A stretch of DNA of 32,000 bases, from positions 1,290,001 through 1,322,000 of the forward strand of contig NZ_CP008796.1 in NCBI RefSeq assembly GCF_000734015.1. Reading direction: 5' to 3'. This DNA is from Thermodesulfobacterium commune DSM 2178. Lineage in GTDB: Bacteria; Desulfobacterota; Thermodesulfobacteria; Thermodesulfobacteriales; Thermodesulfobacteriaceae. Both the position numbers and the translations under genes were made by a program. Below, one piece after another: positions 27,390-32,000 of the stretch. Each line of letters begins with the position of its first letter. Positions within the stretch are counted from its first letter, which is position 1. The notes below the pieces were generated by a model. That model saw nothing but the letters and a program-made list of their open reading frames with translations. It did not search any database and was not told the origin of the DNA.

Positions 27390-28770
27390 AGAAAAATTTG
27401 GAGAAAAGCCGAAAAAGGAAAGCTTTAAGGCAAGCTCAATTGAACCTGTAAGTGTTTTAATTCCTCGGACTAAAATTGTTCAGTATAGTTTTATAAACCC
27501 TCGTTATCCTCGTGAATGGCTATTAACCATAGAGAAGGCTGTATTTGGGAATCAAGATTTAAGCATGGTTTTTGAATTATTCGTTGACCTTGCAAACTCT
27601 GGGCATCAAGTGCAGGTCGTAGGGAAACAAGCAGAAGAAGCTAAAACCGAAATTGATAATTTAGCAGCACGATTAAACACTGATAGTCTCGTCAATCAAC
27701 TTTTTGCTCAACTTGCTTTATATGGGGCTGTAAGCATTGAAGTAATAGTTGAAGAAGATTTGTCTGGAGTTCAAAAGGTAGTTCGTGTTCCTGCTCATAC
27801 TATTTACTTTAAATATAATGAGAAAACCCGGGATTTTGAACCTTATCAATGGATACCACCTGAGGACCCAATTAAGCTAAATTTAAATACTTACCTTTAT
27901 ATTCCAATGTTTACCCTTGATGGTTCTCCTTATGCTATACCTCCTTTTTTAGCATCTTTATCTCCACTTGAGATGCAAGAAGAATTCAAAGTTGAGCTAA
28001 AGAATCTTGCTAAAAAGATAGGGCTTCTTGGGTTTTTTGACATAGAAATTCCCAAGCTTGAACCTAAGCCAACTGAGACAGAAACTGAGTATTTTAAAAG
28101 ACTTGAAGAACATTTAAATAAGGTTGCAGAACAAGTAGCTGAAAATATACAAAAGGGGATTTTTCTTCATTATGAGGGGACCAAAGCAGAATTTAAAGAA
28201 ATTGCTGGAAAGACTTCTGATGTGGATAAAATCCTTGCCCATATCAATAGGTGGCTTATTACTGGGGCAAAAGCACAGCCAAGTCTGGTTGGAATTTCAG
28301 AGGGTATAACTGAAACCTGGGCAGTTGTTAGCTATGAACAGTTTGCAAGACAATTGCAGAACTATCAAAGAATAGTAAAAAGAGCTTTGGAATATATCTA
28401 TAAGCTACATTGTGCGTTAAAAGGTTTTGATATTGAAGATATAAACATCATTTTTAATCCTGTGCCAAAGCTAAAGCCTGAAGCTGATATTGAGGCATTT
28501 ACTAAAAAAGCTGATGCAATAACCAAACTTATTGAAACAGGAGTAATAACTATAGATGAAGCAAGAGAAATGCTTGGATTAAACCCAATAGGAGGTGAGA
28601 AAGATGCAAGAGATGAAAAAGTATTTTCTAAGGTTTGGGATAGCTCTTCTGATAGCTTTGCCGTTTCTTTTGATAGCAGGAAGAGAAGCTCTAAGGATAT
28701 TTCTTTACAAGATTGCGATGTGTGCAGTAGGGGTGGCTTTGGCAGAACTTGTCTGGGTAGCGTTTTTTAA
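27367..28770 (+). CDS. portal protein (Mu gp29 / DUF935-like); 3' ~55 codons are doubtful
   Basis: Size and position between the terminase and MuF. The body is acidic and helical. The last 167 nt overlap a well-supported membrane-protein gene and translate to atypical sequence (SSSDSFAVSFDSRKRSSKDISLQDCDVCSRGGFGRTCLGSVF). Confidence 0.65.
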   Translation: MGLISWFKEKFGEKPKKESFKASSIEPVSVLIPRTKIVQYSFINPRYPREWLLTIEKAVFGNQDLSMVFELFVDLANSGHQVQVVGKQAEEAKTEIDNLAARLNTDSLVNQLFAQLALYGAVSIEVIVEEDLSGVQKVVRVPAHTIYFKYNEKTRDFEPYQWIPPEDPIKLNLNTYLYIPMFTLDGSPYAIPPFLASLSPLEMQEEFKVELKNLAKKIGLLGFFDIEIPKLEPKPTETETEYFKRLEEHLNKVAEQVAENIQKGIFLHYEGTKAEFKEIAGKTSDVDKILAHINRWLITGAKAQPSLVGISEGITETWAVVSYEQFARQLQNYQRIVKRALEYIYKLHCALKGFDIEDINIIFNPVPKLKPEADIEAFTKKADAITKLIETGVITIDEAREMLGLNPIGGEKDARDEKVFSKVWDSSSDSFAVSFDSRKRSSKDISLQDCDVCSRGGFGRTCLGSVF

Positions 28771-28882
28771 GCCTGTCTATGGACCAACGGAGAATTTAGA
28801 TGCAGTGGAAAGATTAAGCATATTGTTTTTCCGGGGCATTTTATACGCTGGGATCCTCATCGGACTGATGCTTGGGCTTTAA
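28604..28882 (+). CDS. holin candidate (3 TM, dual-start motif)
   Basis: SD GGAGGTG 6 nt before ATG 28604. MQEMKKYF provides Met1 and Met4 separated by charged residues. Three TM segments (FGIALLIALPFLLIAG, IAMCAVGVALAELVWVAFF, ILFFRGILYAGILIGLMLGL). It lies directly upstream of the endolysin. Confidence 0.65.
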   Translation: MQEMKKYFLRFGIALLIALPFLLIAGREALRIFLYKIAMCAVGVALAELVWVAFFKPVYGPTENLDAVERLSILFFRGILYAGILIGLMLGL

Positions 28883-28883
28883 A

Positions 28884-29483
28884 ATGAGGAGGGCTTTGAG
28901 TAATACGATAATTCTATTTGGGCTTGTGTGGACTGCTCAGGCTCAGGCTGGGATTGTGGATAGATGCATGAAGTATGCACCGCTTGTAATTCGTGAGGCA
29001 AGATATCATATCGGGATGAATGCACCAGCTCATCTCTTTCTCGGGCAAATAGAGCAGGAGTCCAGATGTAATGAAAGGGCTACAGCTTTTGATGGCGGGA
29101 TGGGGCTTGGGCAGTTTATGCCTGAGACCGCAAAAGAGCTACACGAGAGGTATAAGGTGCTTCAGGAGTTCCCTTTTAATCCCTATGACCCGAGATGGAA
29201 TATAAGGGCTCTAATCCTCTATGATAGGGAATGTTATAACTCGGTTTCCTGTCGGGGCTGGTATTTTGCCTTCCGAGCCTATAACGGAGGAGCTTCCCTG
29301 CTAAACAAGGAGATAGCCAGGGCTGGAAGCTGTGATGTAGAAAAGGTTGAAGCCCACTGTAAGCGAAAGGTCATCAGGCTTAAGAATGGCTCTCTACTTG
29401 ACCTATGCGTAGTGAACATTGAGTATCCTTATCGCATCTTTGAGAAGTCTGAGAAGTATAAAAGGAGGCTTGAGGTTAGATGA
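28884..29483 (+). CDS. endolysin: secreted lytic transglycosylase (SLT domain)
   Basis: Signal peptide MRRALSNTIILFGLVWTAQAQA/G. Catalytic region GQIEQESRCN and GMGLGQFMPETA. The track start is TTG 28872. Confidence 0.8.
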   Translation: MRRALSNTIILFGLVWTAQAQAGIVDRCMKYAPLVIREARYHIGMNAPAHLFLGQIEQESRCNERATAFDGGMGLGQFMPETAKELHERYKVLQEFPFNPYDPRWNIRALILYDRECYNSVSCRGWYFAFRAYNGGASLLNKEIARAGSCDVEKVEAHCKRKVIRLKNGSLLDLCVVNIEYPYRIFEKSEKYKRRLEVR

Positions 29484-29484
29484 G

Positions 29485-29871
29485 ATGATAGGCTTGCTAA
29501 GCTGGAGAATTTTAAAGTATTTGCTTATCGGGGCTCTCTTTTTTTTAGTTGGTTTTAAGTCGGCTTGGTATATACAAAGTTTAAAGATAGAGAAAATGAG
29601 GCTTGAGGCTAAAAAGCTTGAAGAAGCTTTAAAACAGTGTGAAGGAGCTAACGAGAGCAATCTAAAAACTATCTCTGCTTTAAAGCTTGATATTGCTAAG
29701 GCTAACAAGTTATGCAGTGCAAGGGCAAAGGTCTATAGACATACGCTTAAGAAACTTCAGGAGATAGATGCTTTAGAACCAAAGAGCGAGGGAGGAAATG
29801 AAACGGATAGCTCTGACCCTATTTTGCTTGAACTTAATCGGATGTTCCCCTCTGGGGCATACGACAAGTAA
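29485..29871 (+). CDS. i-spanin (Rz-like)
   Basis: ATG 29485 is 1 nt after the endolysin TGA. N-terminal TM (ILKYLLIGALFFLVGF), then a coiled coil (LKIEKMRLEAKKLEEALKQCE...). Confidence 0.7.
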   Translation: MIGLLSWRILKYLLIGALFFLVGFKSAWYIQSLKIEKMRLEAKKLEEALKQCEGANESNLKTISALKLDIAKANKLCSARAKVYRHTLKKLQEIDALEPKSEGGNETDSSDPILLELNRMFPSGAYDK

Positions 29872-30100
29872 GATTGTTAAGACTGAGTATGTGAGACCGG
29901 ATCTTCCAGAAGTTCCGGAAGAGCCGAGCTACTATAAAGTGGAATTTTTCAAGGCAAACGGGAGCTACTGTTTAGACCCTGAAAACGCAAAGAGCTTACT
30001 AAAAAACATAGAGCTTATGCGTGGCTACTGCTCTGAGCTTAGGCTTATCCTTGAGAGTTTGCAATGGAAGGACAATGGGACAAAGAAGGAAACGAAATAG
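29798..30100 (+). CDS. o-spanin (Rz1-like outer-membrane lipoprotein), overlapping the i-spanin 3' end
   Basis: MKRIALTLFCLNLIGC contains a lipobox (LIG/C). It starts 74 nt before the i-spanin stop in another frame, the classic overlapped spanin architecture. Confidence 0.75.
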   Translation: MKRIALTLFCLNLIGCSPLGHTTSKIVKTEYVRPDLPEVPEEPSYYKVEFFKANGSYCLDPENAKSLLKNIELMRGYCSELRLILESLQWKDNGTKKETK

Positions 30101-31371
30101 TAGAGAAACTCTACAAACTTCTTTATCCTTCTCTTGGTTCTTCTTTAAGAGATGCCTTAGCAGATATTCTGCGTAAAGCAACATATTTTATAAGCTTTGA
30201 TGATTTAACTCGCTACATTTTAATTACCCTTGAAGAAAAATTTCAGCTTCCTGAAAAAGTTAAGTTTGCACTTAAGCTTGAGCTTGAAAAGATTTATAAA
30301 GAGACTCAAGCTAAGGCACTTTCTGAGGTTGGGATAATTTTTAAACCTGAGCTTTCCATACCAGATTTTAGAGCTATTTCATACGCAGAAAAGCTTCATG
30401 ATTTTTATCTTGGGAAATTTTTCAGAGGAGATAGAGAAATCCGGCTAAGAATTGTTAAATGGTTCTCAAAATATTATCTTGAGGAAGGAAACCCAATTGG
30501 GCGTGGTCAGGCTGGTATAAGAGAGTTTCTTGATAGGTTTGGGGAATACATACAACCTCAAACAGAATGGAAGGCAAGACAAATCATAGATACTTCAGTT
30601 AATTTTTTGCGTAATTCTGCAAGAATTCGTGCTATGCAAAAAGCAAGGATTAAACGCTATAGATGGGATGCAGTGGGGGATAGGCTTACATGCAAGACTT
30701 GCAGGAGTTTTGATGGAAGAACATGGGAAGTAACAGAAGCGGTAAGGATCCTTGATGCTATTGAGAGTTCAGAGGACCCAAGAGCTATTGTAGATTATAA
30801 GCCCTTTGTTACTACTCCTTATAAAGGACCATCTTCTCAAGCTCCCTCCCGATTACCGCCTCTTCATCCTCATTGTAGGTGTAGAATAGTTGCGGAGATA
30901 GAAGAAAAAGAGATACCAGTAACCATAGAGAGACCAGCATTTGCAAAAGATAATCCTATTCAAAGAGACTTAGAGGATGAATATAGAGCTTTAAGCCCTA
31001 AGGAGCTTGAAAATAAAATTAAAGCTCATCTTGGAAGTGATTGGTTCAGACCAGTTAAAGGTGAAAAAGGAATAAATGCTTATAAATCAGCAAAAAAAGA
31101 AGCAGAGAGGCATTTTTTAAAACACGGGCATGAATTTGGTTTTAAAACCCCTGAAGAATATTATCACTCAGCCTATGAGGTGATAAAAAAGCCTGACGAA
31201 GTATACATTGAAAGGGTTAAAGATAAAACCTTTTACATTTTTCGAAAAGGTGATAAAGTAGTAATATCAAGTGATGATGATCTTGCAATAAAAACTTATT
31301 TTAAGTTGAATAAGCCATTTGAAACCTTTTTAAAAGAGAGGAAAAGAGATGGACTTATCAAGGTTCTCTGA
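30064..31371 (+). CDS. MuF (Mu gp30 / SPP1 gp7) head morphogenesis protein with a ~150-aa C-terminal extension (toxin-like)
   Basis: MuF core ...RQIIDTSVNFLRNSARIRAMQ...RYRWDAVGDRLTCKTCRSFDGRTWEV...PPLHPHCRCRIVAE ends near residue 285. The extension ends with ERHFLKHGHEFGFKTPEEYYHSAYEVIKKPDEVYIERVKDKTFYIFRKGDKVVISSDDDLAIKTYFKL. Confidence 0.8.
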   Translation: MEGQWDKEGNEIVEKLYKLLYPSLGSSLRDALADILRKATYFISFDDLTRYILITLEEKFQLPEKVKFALKLELEKIYKETQAKALSEVGIIFKPELSIPDFRAISYAEKLHDFYLGKFFRGDREIRLRIVKWFSKYYLEEGNPIGRGQAGIREFLDRFGEYIQPQTEWKARQIIDTSVNFLRNSARIRAMQKARIKRYRWDAVGDRLTCKTCRSFDGRTWEVTEAVRILDAIESSEDPRAIVDYKPFVTTPYKGPSSQAPSRLPPLHPHCRCRIVAEIEEKEIPVTIERPAFAKDNPIQRDLEDEYRALSPKELENKIKAHLGSDWFRPVKGEKGINAYKSAKKEAERHFLKHGHEFGFKTPEEYYHSAYEVIKKPDEVYIERVKDKTFYIFRKGDKVVISSDDDLAIKTYFKLNKPFETFLKERKRDGLIKVL

Positions 31372-31699
31372 TAAAGAATTAATTGAAGAATGGGCATTTA
31401 GTTTAGCATCTCAAGAAGCTATAGAAACTTTTTTTGATGATTATTCAGCAGAAGTAACCTTACCCTTTCGCACTGAAATCCATAAAAGAGGTCTTGACAA
31501 CCACCCAAAAGTTATAGAAGCAGATAAAAAGCTAATTCAATATGCTTTAAAAGAAAAGCCTTATCCTCCTGTTATAACCGATAATTATGAGCCACCTTTA
31601 GAATACTGGTGGTGGCACATAGATAAAATTGGAGAAAAAACCTATCCAGCTGAGCTACTTCCTGAGCCCCTCAGAGAACTTTATTTACAAGAATTTTAA
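31349..31699 (+). CDS. small acidic protein; candidate immunity partner of the MuF C-terminal domain
   Basis: 116 aa. SD GAGAGG. Overlaps the MuF stop by 23 nt. Trp-rich motif PPLEYWWWHIDKI. No family that I can name. Confidence 0.55.
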   Translation: MDLSRFSDKELIEEWAFSLASQEAIETFFDDYSAEVTLPFRTEIHKRGLDNHPKVIEADKKLIQYALKEKPYPPVITDNYEPPLEYWWWHIDKIGEKTYPAELLPEPLRELYLQEF

Positions 31700-31741
31700 A
31701 AAGCCTTTTATTTTGGCTTTAAAGCCCCTCTTTTTAAGGGG
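31700..31741 (+). terminator. two weak hairpins after the MuF operon
   Basis: AAAGCC(31700-31705)/GGCTTT(31715-31720) and CCCCT(31725-31729)/AGGGG(31737-31741). No clean trailing T-run. Confidence 0.25.
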
Positions 31742-31766
31742 GTAAGTATTATACCCTTACCCCCTT

Positions 31767-31886
31767 CGTTTACGAGCGTTTACGCATCGTTTACCTTGCG
31801 TTTACTGGCATCAATTCTTATTTAGAAGGAATTGAGGTAAACGAATGTCCGTTTACTTTGTTTATTTCTTGTTTACGAGCGTTTAC
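31767..31886. repeat. iteron-like CGTTTAC array around a central dyad
   Basis: CGTTTAC at 31767, 31777, 31788 and 31799 (10-11 bp phasing). Dyad CAATTC(31812-31817)/GAATTG(31829-31834). Inverted GTAAACG at 31837-31843. Further direct copies at 31850, 31870 (TGTTTAC) and 31880. The 17-mer GTTTACGAGCGTTTAC is repeated at 31768-31783 and 31871-31886. Confidence 0.9.
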
Positions 31887-31894
31887 AAAGAAAT

Positions 31895-31952
31895 TTTTGA
31901 GCCAATTTTGAGCCTTTTTTTAAAAAGCTTAACCCTTATTAAACCCTTATTA
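31895..31952 (+). repeat. two pairs of 11-bp tandem repeats
   Basis: TTTTGAGCC at 31895-31903 and 31906-31914 (11-bp period). AACCCTTATTA x2 at 31931-31952. Confidence 0.9.
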
Positions 31953-31958
31953 AATTCA

Positions 31959-32000
31959 GAAAATATTGCTTGTTTTTCTTTTTTAAATTGTATAAAGTTG
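31959..32000 (+). promoter_or_regulatory. conserved box 3 (putative late promoter; window ends inside it)
   Basis: GAAAATATTGCTTGTTTTTCTTTTTTAAATTGTATAAAGTTG aligns with box 1 (22483-22524) along its whole length. Confidence 0.5.

Larger units (their letters stand above)
12504..32000. mobile_element. Mu-like transposable prophage (left boundary uncertain; right end beyond the window)
   Basis: Order: repressor(-), Ner-like(+), early genes, MuA-like DDE transposase, MuB-like AAA+ ATPase, Gam, GemA-like, small HTH, then the Mu gp25-gp30 synteny (membrane protein, wHTH, DUF3486-like small terminase, large terminase, DUF935-like portal, MuF). Confidence 0.8.

Noticed and set aside
28595-28603. 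GTG 28595 as the holin start (track) and a programmed frameshift linking portal and holin
   Set aside because: The GTG is part of the GGAGGTG Shine-Dalgarno itself, while ATG 28604 is at ideal spacing. I saw no slippery heptamer near 28590-28610, so independent initiation is simpler than frameshifting.

Overview
The window comes from a thermophilic bacterium. It carries a reverse gyrase gene. Hand-counted 100-nt samples give about 65% GC in the rRNA and about 39-43% GC in protein-coding DNA. The rRNA looks Thermodesulfobacteria-like to me, but that is only an impression. Region 1-5.6 kb holds housekeeping genes: the reverse gyrase 3' part, a CcsA-type cytochrome c biogenesis protein, a CBS-domain protein and a class A PBP. 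Region 5.66-10.8 kb holds one complete minus-strand rRNA operon (16S, tRNA-Ile, tRNA-Ala, 23S, 5S) with processing stems. It is driven from four tandem TTGACA promoters at 10.9-11.2 kb, each followed by a boxA-like element. From about 11.5-12.5 kb to the end of the window lies a Mu-like transposable prophage. Its lysogeny and early genes are a LexA/CI-type repressor, a Ner-like regulator, a MuA-like DDE transposase, a MuB-like ATPase, Gam and a GemA-like protein. Its packaging block matches Mu gp25-gp30: small and large terminase, portal and MuF. The prophage is heavily mosaic. (1) A truncated second copy of its left arm sits in tandem. (2) An IS256-family element is inserted in the early region with an 8-bp target duplication. 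(3) A minus-strand Zn-ribbon/DUF4145-like gene is embedded in the early operon. (4) An isolated gpU-gpX-gpD-gpV-PAAR tail and baseplate fragment lies between the early and packaging genes. (5) A GC-richer lysis cassette is wedged between portal and MuF. (6) The MuF protein has a toxin-like C-terminal extension followed by a small candidate immunity gene. (7) A dense iteron-like region lies at 31.7-32.0 kb. The most unusual single item is a PAAR spike-tip gene that is missing from the ORF track. An in-frame TGA occupies the conserved Cys position of its H-x-C-P metal motif, and a SECIS-like hairpin follows directly. This is either selenocysteine recoding or a nonsense pseudogene. All functional calls rest on motif recognition by eye; no database search was possible.
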